Source: a virus. Taken from it: a stretch of DNA of 38,844 bases. The notes under the pieces were generated by a model. It did not search any database and was not told the origin of the DNA. It was given only the letters and a program-made list of their open reading frames with translations. The stretch is taken from the IMG/VR virus record IMGVR_UViG_3300043958_000214. One strand, written 5' to 3'. Positions 1 to 8,173 of this stretch are shown here, piece by piece. The position numbers and the translations under genes were made by a program. Positions within the stretch are counted from its first letter, which is position 1. Every line of letters starts with the position of its first letter.

Positions 1-1
1 T

Positions 2-355
2 GTGTCCGCGTCGGTGCGCGCCCGACCCCAGCGCCCTGCCCCGCGTGTCCTGGTAGAGGAGCTGGTCCCCCGTGTTGTAGGGCGGGTCAGTGCAGACGCA
101 GGAGATCTTCCCCGCCCAGCCCTCATCGATGAGGGTCTTCATAGCGTGAAGGTTGTCGTCGCAGATGAGGAGGTGGCGCGTCTCCCCGCAGCCGAAAGCG
201 TCAACGATCCGTGTTCCCAGTGGCGGCGTGAGGGTGATGGGGGTGCTCCGTTCTTCGTGGGCCGCACCATGCGGCCTACCGCGGGTGGAAGGGGTTGTAT
301 CGACATTCTGGCGGCCATGTAGGACCGGGATTCCTGCTGGTCGTGCGGTGGGCAT
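2..355 (-). CDS. N6-adenine DNA methyltransferase, type III Mod-like / beta class; N-terminal part only, runs off the window
   Basis: Not in the ORF track. Manual minus-strand translation gives ...RHLLICDDNLHAMKTLIDEGWAGKISCVCTDPPYNTGDQLLYQD..., the DNL...DPPYNTG signature. The start at ATG 355 is tentative. Confidence 0.8.
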   Translation of the reverse strand, partial: MPTARPAGIPVLHGRQNVDTTPSTRGRPHGAAHEERSTPITLTPPLGTRIVDAFGCGETRHLLICDDNLHAMKTLIDEGWAGKISCVCTDPPYNTGDQLLYQDTRGRALGSGAHRRGH

Positions 356-807
356 CCTCAAGTCGCCCTCACATCGGGGCAGGGGGGCTGGCGTTTCGCG
401 GGGACTGCCCACCGGCACCTGGGTGCTGGCAGGCCGTAACGCTCCTGCGCGGCTTGTCCTAGGCAACACGGGGGAGCCCGGGGGGCGCCCGCCCTCAACG
501 CGCACCTTCTGACTCACCCCGCACCCCCCCCGCGTTCCTCGCCAACACGCCCGTACGGTAGGACCCCTCCCGCCCGAAAGGAGGGGGCGTGCGCCGCTAC
601 ACGGCTCTTGGTCACACCATCGGCTTCCGAGTCTGGGCGATCATGGGAGCTGAGTCCCGTCTCGGGTTCCATGCTCGCCACGGGGTCGGCCTCGATTCAT
701 GAACGGCTTGCTCTGCCATAGATGCGCAGGCTCGTTGTGTCGGCGGAAAGAGTAACGCCCTACGCCCTCATCTGTTGGTGGCCGTTCGCTGGGTGCGCCG
801 ATCCCGC

Positions 808-864
808 CCACACAACGCGCCCGCCCCGACACCGTTGCGGTGTCGGGGCGGGCGCGTTGTGTGG
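808..864. terminator. Perfect 27-bp hairpin directly after the stop of 865-1389
   Basis: CCACACAACGCGCCCGCCCCGACACCG-TTG-CGGTGTCGGGGCGGGCGCGTTGTGTGG. Confidence 0.75.
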
Positions 865-1389
865 TCAGCCTGGGATGCCGAGGTCGACGAAGTAGCGTGC
901 GACCTTCCCCTTCTTGGTGTTGCCCTTCTTGTCGGTGAAGGTCTCCACGTTCTTCAGGATCATGACGCGGTGGCCGATCAGGGATCGAGCGAGGTTCGCG
1001 GTAGCCAAGCCGTCCTCCTTGTAGATGGGCTCGGTGGTGATGGACTCGTTGCCGTTCTCGTCGACGTGGTTGCCCTGGTGGGTCGGCCTGTAGGTGACGA
1101 CGACGCGGTTGGTGTGGGGGTCCTTGACCGCCCCGACGATGTCGCCGACGACGACCCCCTGCGGCTTCTGGCGGTCGTTGAGGACGAAAGCCTCCTCGAT
1201 CTGGGAGATCGCTCGATCCGCCGCGGATTTCGGCGCGCACATGGCCGTGATCCGCACCGCCTCCTGGCGGACGAGTTCCTCGAACGTGTAGGCGGCGTCG
1301 GGGTGGTTGGGATTGCCCGACGCCTGGGCTGTCTTCTGACGGTCGAGGGCGAGGGGGATGGCTGCGATGATGATGTCCTGGTGGGACAC
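865..1389 (-). CDS. Hypothetical protein
   Basis: Protein-like ORF; AAGGAG RBS 7 nt before GTG 1389; terminator follows. Confidence 0.75.
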   Translation of the reverse strand: MSHQDIIIAAIPLALDRQKTAQASGNPNHPDAAYTFEELVRQEAVRITAMCAPKSAADRAISQIEEAFVLNDRQKPQGVVVGDIVGAVKDPHTNRVVVTYRPTHQGNHVDENGNESITTEPIYKEDGLATANLARSLIGHRVMILKNVETFTDKKGNTKKGKVARYFVDLGIPG

Positions 1390-1417
1390 GAACACGCTCC
1401 TTTCGTGGGAGGGTGGG

Positions 1418-3016
1418 TTAGTCGGTGGCGGCCGGGCGGGGGTCGTTCCAGGGGTTGCGGGGCTTGACGTGAACGAGCTCTCGCCAGGGCTGAGCCTCGT
1501 AGGGGAGGCGACCTTCGACGGATGCGATGTCGGAGCGCAGGAGCGTCTCCGCCGTCTTGGCCACCTCCTCAGCCCACGCCGACCAGAGGTCGGGCTCGGT
1601 TACCCCGAAGGGGGCGGGGTGGACCTTGATGGCCGAGAAGACGGAGAATCGGGCCCGGATGGCAGCACCCTTGGAGGGATCGTCCCCTTCGGTCACTTGC
1701 CTCTGGACGCGCCGGGTCAGCATCTCGAGGGTGTCGCGCAGGGTCTTGATGGAACGGGGACCTGTGCTCAGGTTGTTCTCGAGGAGCATGTTGATGGCGG
1801 TGGACGTGTAGACGCCTGCAGCCTGGATGCACTGGCCGTTCATGTTGATGTGCCCGTCAATGAACTCGCCCTCCCAGGGCTTGGCTTCGCGCCAGGGGGC
1901 TGTCTGTGACCGTAGGTTGCTCATCGTGGTCTCCTTCGATGTCGTGTCGTTGTCGCGGGTTTCTTCCGGCGCTTCCGCCGCTACCGTTGTTGTGGGGCAA
2001 GGCGCGTCACGGCGCCCGTCGACCACCGGACACACCTTGTGATCCGCGTCACTTTCCGTGTGGGTGGATGCCATCTGCAGGGAGGGGATGGCGAGGATGT
2101 CGGCGCTGAGGGCCGTCCCCAACCTGTCGACCTTGCCTGCCGCCTGGGCGAGCGGACAGGAGTTGACGGCTGGGCACCAGCCGCACAGCGGAGTGACACG
2201 GCATTCGAACATGGCGGTTCCAACGGACTGCTTGAGACCGTCCCAGCCGCTGCGGAGCTTGGACATCGCACGCTTGATGTCACTCTTTTTAGAGATGGAC
2301 ACCCGACGCTGTTTCCCGTGGGTGACGTAGATATCGCGACCGATGCTCACCCGCCAGGGCTCGCCGTTCGGGTTCAGTTCCCCGCGCTCGGCCAGAACGT
2401 GCTCGAGGAGCACCTTGTACTCGCGGATCTGGTCTCCGTGATCATCGGAGAACCCGGGCGCAGGCTTCTTCGATCTGTCGGCCCCGCATTTGTAGTCGGT
2501 GATCCTCATGGTGGCGTCGTCGAGAACATCGATCCGATCGATGAAACCGAGGATGGGGAGCCCGTCGATGGTCGCCTCGGCCTGGAATTCGGTCGCATAG
2601 ACATTGGCCTGATCGGGGTCCTCGACGGCGAAATCCCCCTTGACGTTGCCCATCACCGTAGAGGTCCACTGAAGGGTCTTGACCGAGTCCCCGTTCAGGA
2701 GATGCCGCCATCTGCTCGACCCGGCCACGTCGAGGAGGATGGATGCCGCGGCTTCCTCCGTGCGCTCTGCTTGGGGAAGGTTATAGAGGCGCTCAAGGAC
2801 CTTGTGGACGGCCCCACCGATCATGACGGGCGCGAACGGGTTCGTTTCCTTTCCGCCAAGTCGGTCGAAGACGAGGCGCGCGGGGCACGACTGGACTGCC
2901 GTCGCGGTGGAGTGGGAGATGTGTCCGCGGTCCACGGACGTGAGGATCGCGGGGTCGAGGACTCGGAGGAATCGCCCGTCCCAGGCCAGCCTGTCCCGGT
3001 AGTTCGGTGCGTTCAT
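1418..3016 (-). CDS. RecB-family PD-(D/E)XK exonuclease with probable Fe-S cysteines and a C-terminal extra domain
   Basis: SHS...CP, GGAVHKVLE, GFIDRID, ITDYK and CGWCPAVNSCP motifs; CAGGAG RBS before ATG 3016. Confidence 0.85.
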   Translation of the reverse strand: MNAPNYRDRLAWDGRFLRVLDPAILTSVDRGHISHSTATAVQSCPARLVFDRLGGKETNPFAPVMIGGAVHKVLERLYNLPQAERTEEAAASILLDVAGSSRWRHLLNGDSVKTLQWTSTVMGNVKGDFAVEDPDQANVYATEFQAEATIDGLPILGFIDRIDVLDDATMRITDYKCGADRSKKPAPGFSDDHGDQIREYKVLLEHVLAERGELNPNGEPWRVSIGRDIYVTHGKQRRVSISKKSDIKRAMSKLRSGWDGLKQSVGTAMFECRVTPLCGWCPAVNSCPLAQAAGKVDRLGTALSADILAIPSLQMASTHTESDADHKVCPVVDGRRDAPCPTTTVAAEAPEETRDNDTTSKETTMSNLRSQTAPWREAKPWEGEFIDGHINMNGQCIQAAGVYTSTAINMLLENNLSTGPRSIKTLRDTLEMLTRRVQRQVTEGDDPSKGAAIRARFSVFSAIKVHPAPFGVTEPDLWSAWAEEVAKTAETLLRSDIASVEGRLPYEAQPWRELVHVKPRNPWNDPRPAATD

Positions 3017-3141
3017 GTTTCGGGCTCCTGCATGGTCGGTGTCTCTCCTGTTGTGAGGCAACAGGGTGTGCCATGCGCGGCCAGAGGCGTTTCACAAACG
3101 GTGAACCGCCCCGACTAATCGGGGCGGTTCGTCGGGGTGGA

Positions 3142-3435
3142 TCAGCGGACCTGGAGGGTCGGGTCGACAGGCAGGGGGATCCCCCTGCTGACAGCGGGGA
3201 GGACGACCAAGACCCTTCCCGTCTTCGACGTCGAGGGCGTCTGAATCTTCCGCAGGCTGGTCGGCAGCGGGGCGATGGCGCGCTTGGAGGGGGAGGTCGA
3301 GGTCTGGACAGTGGAGGTGGTCGCGTTGTGGACCGCGGCTTCCGCCGGGGTGGTGAAGGCACCGAGCCCGCCGATGGCAAGGGCCGCGGCGACGAAGGCT
3401 ACTGAGGTCTTTCGGATAATGGCTGAATGGGACAT
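3142..3435 (-). CDS. Small secreted protein with Sec signal peptide
   Basis: MSHSAIIRKTSVAFVAAALAIGGLGAFTTPAEA; CAGGAG RBS. Confidence 0.6.
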   Translation of the reverse strand: MSHSAIIRKTSVAFVAAALAIGGLGAFTTPAEAAVHNATTSTVQTSTSPSKRAIAPLPTSLRKIQTPSTSKTGRVLVVLPAVSRGIPLPVDPTLQVR

Positions 3436-3539
3436 CTTGTTTCTCCTGCGGGTATCGGGGCATCTGATTGACGCGCTCATCGGGTGTTGTGGGGCAGGTG
3501 GCCTGCTCAGGCACTCTTGTGCGGCATCTGTGTCTCACC

Positions 3540-4253
3540 TCACCGATCTGGTCCCGCTGCGGCGCCGGTGGCGTCCTTCGCAGTCTTGCGGGGAGGGAAG
3601 AGCTCTCGCTGCCAGCCCATGCCCCAGAGGATCCCGACTAGGTCGGGTTGGGCGAACTCGATCCCGTAGCGCGCCATGACGGTTCGCAGGGCACGGTCTG
3701 GGAGCCATGTTCCGGCTTCTCGTTGTGGACGTGCCGCCACGGCAGTCAAGGGTGTTCCAGTTGCGTCGGTGACGACCGTGACGAGTCTGCGGGCGTTTCG
3801 CACGCCGTAGATTCGCGCGGGCCCTGGCTCTGGGTCCGGGAGGGCCGACAGAGAGGCGATACCGAGGTCGGCTGGCCTCAGCCAGGAGACCCAGCGGTTC
3901 AGTCCGGGAATCCACGCGCCCACCGAATCCGGGTCCTCGACGTCCGGGGGCGTATCAAGGAGGGTCCCGTAGCGCCAAGCTCCTCGTTCTGGGAGGATGT
4001 CCAGTGGAAGCCGATCGGCGATCTCCACCCCTGCCGCTCCTTCCGCCTCCGGTGCCCGCACGGGTTTGGCGCACACGTCGGCGTCCTCGTGGGCAGCGGG
4101 AGCGGGCCGATGTTTCGAGGCTTCGTGCGGGATCTTCTGGTCCGTGTCATCCTCAAGACATGCCAGGTCGCGACCTAGGCCGCCGGATTCCCCCGGGGCG
4201 GGGTCCCCCGCGCCGGGAGGACGCGCCATCGCATGCTTGAGGATGCCGAACAT
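3540..4253 (-). CDS. Hypothetical protein
   Basis: Starts 4 nt after the primase-helicase stop; protein-like composition. Confidence 0.65.
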   Translation of the reverse strand: MFGILKHAMARPPGAGDPAPGESGGLGRDLACLEDDTDQKIPHEASKHRPAPAAHEDADVCAKPVRAPEAEGAAGVEIADRLPLDILPERGAWRYGTLLDTPPDVEDPDSVGAWIPGLNRWVSWLRPADLGIASLSALPDPEPGPARIYGVRNARRLVTVVTDATGTPLTAVAARPQREAGTWLPDRALRTVMARYGIEFAQPDLVGILWGMGWQRELFPPRKTAKDATGAAAGPDR

Positions 4254-4256
4254 GGG

Positions 4257-7061
4257 TCAGAATCCCGCATCGACGGAATCCAGAACGGCGCTCGAATCAC
4301 GGCGCTGGCTCTCGAGATCATCCTCGTCACCGTTCCAAATCGCCAGCGGGATCCCAACGCATCTGACGTTGGGCTGGCCATTGATGCGGCGGTTGATAGT
4401 CCCTCGCCCGAAGTCGGTGCCGGACGAGACGGCAAGCAGATCCGTGGTCACGCGGCGCGCAGGGACGCGGATGAGTTCCTCGATCGCCTTCGGGTTGATG
4501 AACACCGCCTGTTGGTCCTTAAACGCCTGGAACGCCCCGATGCAGCGCATCGACGAAGTCACGGCCGACGGCTCGTCTCCCTTCTCATCAACCAGATAGG
4601 CGCGGCCGGAGGCGAGAAGGGAAGTGATCTCCTCCATCATGAGCTCGCCTGGCGTCCGGTTGCCTCCCATGTAGGTGGTCGTGTTCATGATGATCTGGTG
4701 GATGAGCGCGTCGTGGAGCTCGATGAGGAAGCCCTCCGGCAGGTCGTTGGTGAAGCGCACGTCGCGGGCGAAGGCGAGGAACGACTCATAGCCGGTGAGC
4801 AGCCCGGCCACCGCCCGGCGGGCACGGTCGGACACGTGCGCGTCGTCGAGCTTCTTCCCGTCGCGCTCGCGGATGTAATCCGCCCAGGCTTCGCGTTGCT
4901 CATTGCACCGGCGGCGGAAGACGGTCATCTTCGCCTCAGCGTCGACCCGGGACCCGGGCTCGGTGCCGACGGGCGTCTGGGCGGGCATATTCCTCAACTC
5001 TGCCGCCAGGTAGCGCAGGTAGGCGGCGAGGACGAGTGGAAACCGGCCTTTCGCCATTTCCTCATAGAGGTGGCGCAGGGCGGCGTTCCCGTCATCGCTC
5101 AGGTCGCCGTCCAGGCCGGGGATGAAGGTGCTGCGCGGCCGCATCGGAATGATGACCATGCGGTCCAGGCCGGAGTCGGCGAACCCGGCGCCCACCGGCA
5201 CCTCCTCGCCCGTGATGATGGCCAGCGGGGCGGCGTCATCGGTGGCGCGCACGGCGAGCCCGCCGGCGTCCCTGTCCACGGTTCCTCGGCGGCGCCCGCC
5301 GGAACCGTAGGAGCGCCGCAGCAACCCGTCAAGGGATTCGCGCGCTTTCTCCGCGGCTTTCGGGGACGCTTCCGGCTTGAAGTCGTCGACGTGGATGAAG
5401 ATGTCGGACATTCCGGTTGTGATGAGGTCCGTGGCCGCGGCAGAAGCGTTGAAGGAGGCCATGGGGGTCTGCTGGGGTCCCCATTCGGGGTTGAGGGCGG
5501 TCGAGATCGCCTGGGCGATGGTCGACTTGCCGGAGGAGCGCGGACCGAAGTAGGCGAGAGCGGCGTTGGGGACGATCGGCAGGAGGGAGAGTCCGAAGGC
5601 TGCGACGCCGACGTCCCATTGGAAGGGCTCGTTGAACAGCCTGCGTGTGCCGATGAACTCGAGCACCGCCTCCTTGACAGCCTGACGGTCCTCAGGGTCA
5701 TCGGGATCGGGGTCGGCGAGCTTGATCCGGTGGAAGTCGGAGGCGGCAGGTCGGGCGACGATGGATTCGTCCAGCCCGTCACCGGTCATGGTGCCGTTGC
5801 CCCCGACCCATCCCCATCGGGGTGCCTCTCCGTGGGGGAGGTACCAGCCGGTGCGCGGGAGGATGAGGAGGGACTCGATGTTGTCGGAGTTCTCCCGGAT
5901 GGCGCCCGCGATGTCGTCGTTGGGGCGGGTGTCCCTTTTGACGGTGACGCCCTCGGTGCCGGGGAGGGATCCGAGCCATTCCCCGATGTAGGACAGGCGG
6001 GCGTCGGGCACGCGGACGTCGGGGTGGGAGGAAGCGGGCGTGGTGAAGTCCGGGCTGGTGGGAGTCGTGATCTCCAAGACGAGGGTTTTGGGGGAGGGCT
6101 GGCCGGTGTTGCGCTCGTCGATGATCGACTCGACGCGCTTGATGCGGGCGGCGGCGGCCAGCTCGGTGGTCCGGATGCTCATGTCCACCGCACCGTCCTT
6201 GGCGTCCGGTTCGGAATAGATGCGCCCGTGGTCCATGTCCACGGTCCACTTCTTTCCGTCGGCGGCGCTTGCTCTCGCCCCGGCGGTCTTGACCTTGGCT
6301 GCGGGCGCGCGTCCGAGCATGCCGGCTTGGCTGATGAGGTTGGAGAAGACGGACGGGCGCAGGGCGGGGTCTTTCGAGCCGAGGTAGTCGTCGAGTCCGG
6401 AGGTTCCTCCCACGAACCCGAGGTTGGCGAAGCGGACGGCTTTGGCGCTGAGGCCGGTGACGGCGCGGATCGCGTCGCGCAGCATTTTCCCTGCGCGATA
6501 GACGTTGGGGTTGGTGTGGATGTCCGCGTCGAAGAAGACGATGACGCGCTTGACGGCCCGTTTGGCGGGATCCGCCTGGGGGGTGAGGTCGGCTCCGCCG
6601 GCGAGGAGAATCCGCTCCAGGTCGGTGGAGGGCATGGAGTCCGTCTTCCAGTTCTGGCAGCCCTGGACGCCGAGGATGAGGGTGTCGTCGGGGGCGTTGA
6701 GGCAGGCGTTGATGGTTTGCTTGGTGCCTTCGACGATGACGACCTGGGATGCCGTGCCGACCCTTTCCGCCATCATTTCGGGGACGTTGATGATGGAGCC
6801 GACTCCCGGGGTCTGCACGTACTTGTTCAGGGGCTTCCCGTCTTCGTCCAGGGCCGGGTTGTCTTTGCGGAGCTGGTGGTAGATGTGTCCGTCGACTGTG
6901 CGCAGGGGGTAGACGAGTCCAGGGAGGATCCGCGAGCCGAGGTGGATGAGGTCGTCGGGGATGTCTTCGTCCGTCGTGGCGGAGACAATCCCCCATTTCT
7001 CCGCTTCTTCGGTCGGGATACCCTGTTTGGCGAGTAGGTCCTTGTGCGCTGACGTGAGCAT
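4257..7061 (-). CDS. Primase-helicase fusion (DUF3854/TOPRIM N-terminus, DUF927/SF3-like ATPase C-terminus); probable replication protein
   Basis: VIVEGTKQ and FFDAD TOPRIM motifs; Walker A GPRSSGKST; Walker B IHVDDF. Confidence 0.8.
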   Translation of the reverse strand: MLTSAHKDLLAKQGIPTEEAEKWGIVSATTDEDIPDDLIHLGSRILPGLVYPLRTVDGHIYHQLRKDNPALDEDGKPLNKYVQTPGVGSIINVPEMMAERVGTASQVVIVEGTKQTINACLNAPDDTLILGVQGCQNWKTDSMPSTDLERILLAGGADLTPQADPAKRAVKRVIVFFDADIHTNPNVYRAGKMLRDAIRAVTGLSAKAVRFANLGFVGGTSGLDDYLGSKDPALRPSVFSNLISQAGMLGRAPAAKVKTAGARASAADGKKWTVDMDHGRIYSEPDAKDGAVDMSIRTTELAAAARIKRVESIIDERNTGQPSPKTLVLEITTPTSPDFTTPASSHPDVRVPDARLSYIGEWLGSLPGTEGVTVKRDTRPNDDIAGAIRENSDNIESLLILPRTGWYLPHGEAPRWGWVGGNGTMTGDGLDESIVARPAASDFHRIKLADPDPDDPEDRQAVKEAVLEFIGTRRLFNEPFQWDVGVAAFGLSLLPIVPNAALAYFGPRSSGKSTIAQAISTALNPEWGPQQTPMASFNASAAATDLITTGMSDIFIHVDDFKPEASPKAAEKARESLDGLLRRSYGSGGRRRGTVDRDAGGLAVRATDDAAPLAIITGEEVPVGAGFADSGLDRMVIIPMRPRSTFIPGLDGDLSDDGNAALRHLYEEMAKGRFPLVLAAYLRYLAAELRNMPAQTPVGTEPGSRVDAEAKMTVFRRRCNEQREAWADYIRERDGKKLDDAHVSDRARRAVAGLLTGYESFLAFARDVRFTNDLPEGFLIELHDALIHQIIMNTTTYMGGNRTPGELMMEEITSLLASGRAYLVDEKGDEPSAVTSSMRCIGAFQAFKDQQAVFINPKAIEELIRVPARRVTTDLLAVSSGTDFGRGTINRRINGQPNVRCVGIPLAIWNGDEDDLESQRRDSSAVLDSVDAGF

Positions 7062-7294
7062 CGTGTCCCCCTGGGCTCGGCTCTTGGCTCCGTTGCCATG
7101 TGTGTGCCAGGGGGTGTCTCCACAGCGTGCAGGGTCGTCTCAACGCAGCGTTGATGTCGCCCATCGGTGCGCAACCACCGCAACGCGACGTTGTATGCCT
7201 CGTGAGCCCTGTTATCCCGCGATAAACTCAGAACCGCACGGTGTGTTGCGATCCGTTGCTTGAAGGCAACACAACCGCGCGGTTGATATCAGTT

Positions 7295-8005
7295 CTATCG
7301 TGTTGGTAGATTATTCCTCTCGGTTATTCTCGTCCATTCGTCAGGATCGATGGCATCCACATCAGCTTGGAAGGCGATCAGCTCCTCGTCGACCTCTCCC
7401 CCGTCGGCGAGGGTCTGGGCCCGTCCGATCCAGGCGAGCATCACGGCGAGGGGGTGTTCGTCGTAGTCGTCTCCGTTGCGTAGTGCCCTGCGCCGCCACA
7501 GCGCCCAACGCAGCGCCGGTATCGCGACATTCGCGATGTCGTCCACCTCGATGAGCGCCGCGGTGCACTCATCGCGCTTCAGTCGCATGGCGAGAGCCAG
7601 GAACGCGGCTTGCTGGTCGGTGAGGTCGTCGCTGATCGCAACGAGAGCGACGTCGAGGCTCGCGTCTGGAAGAAGTGGCACGCACAGGTCGGTGCCATCT
7701 GCAACCGTTCCGAATCGTTCCCCGTCGCCGCGGGTCGCGCCGTCTGAGTCGGGGGGATTTTCTCCACTCGCGACTTTTCCGAGGCGAGCGTCGATGTTTT
7801 TCCATGGGTCGTTTGGCGGAAGGCCCATCGCAATGGAGGTGATCACGCCGGAGAACCAGTGTGCCGCCATTTCGCGGTTCTCTCGCGTCCAGCGGATGAA
7901 CGCTTCCTCACGTTTCATGGCCGTGGCAAACGGAATGTAGGGCTCGACGAGAGAGATCGCCCACCTACGGACGTCCCGCGCGGAACTGGCATTGGTGTGG
8001 TTCAT
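7295..8005 (-). CDS. Hypothetical protein
   Basis: 236 aa ORF with GAGGA RBS. Confidence 0.7.
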   Translation of the reverse strand: MNHTNASSARDVRRWAISLVEPYIPFATAMKREEAFIRWTRENREMAAHWFSGVITSIAMGLPPNDPWKNIDARLGKVASGENPPDSDGATRGDGERFGTVADGTDLCVPLLPDASLDVALVAISDDLTDQQAAFLALAMRLKRDECTAALIEVDDIANVAIPALRWALWRRRALRNGDDYDEHPLAVMLAWIGRAQTLADGGEVDEELIAFQADVDAIDPDEWTRITERNNLPTR

Positions 8006-8173
8006 GTCTTAATCCTCTTTCGCTCGGCGATGATACGGGTGACGGCCTGGTGGTCAATGGTTGTGCCATATACGTTGAAGTATAACGCACACGATGTGCA
8101 GTGAAACGGATTCGGCTCGAAATCTGCGACTCCTCCCGCGCCGCTTGAAACGGCGCCTCGGCACACACAAGGT

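Noticed and set aside
400-800. Possible ncRNA or ribozyme in the GC-rich gap with small hairpins
   Set aside because: No recognisable tRNA, hammerhead or riboswitch consensus; an Infernal/Rfam scan would be needed.
1051-1066. 16-nt match (GCCGTTCTCGTCGACG) to the end of repeat 1 and the start of the 24632 spacer, suggesting self-targeting
   Set aside because: Only 12 nt fall in the spacer, the flank matches the repeat instead of a PAM, and a similar 13-mer recurs near 37970 (a common VDEN codon string); probably chance.
1418-3016. Nuclease as CRISPR Cas4 serving the mini-arrays
   Set aside because: It has Cas4-like cysteines but lies 20 kb away in a replication/recombination context with no cas1 or cas2; a RecB-family exonuclease is the simpler call.
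4233-7037. 934-aa + strand ORF and many other long overlapping ORFs in the track
   Set aside because: These are antisense or alternate-frame shadows typical of high-GC DNA; the opposite frame carries the recognisable motifs.
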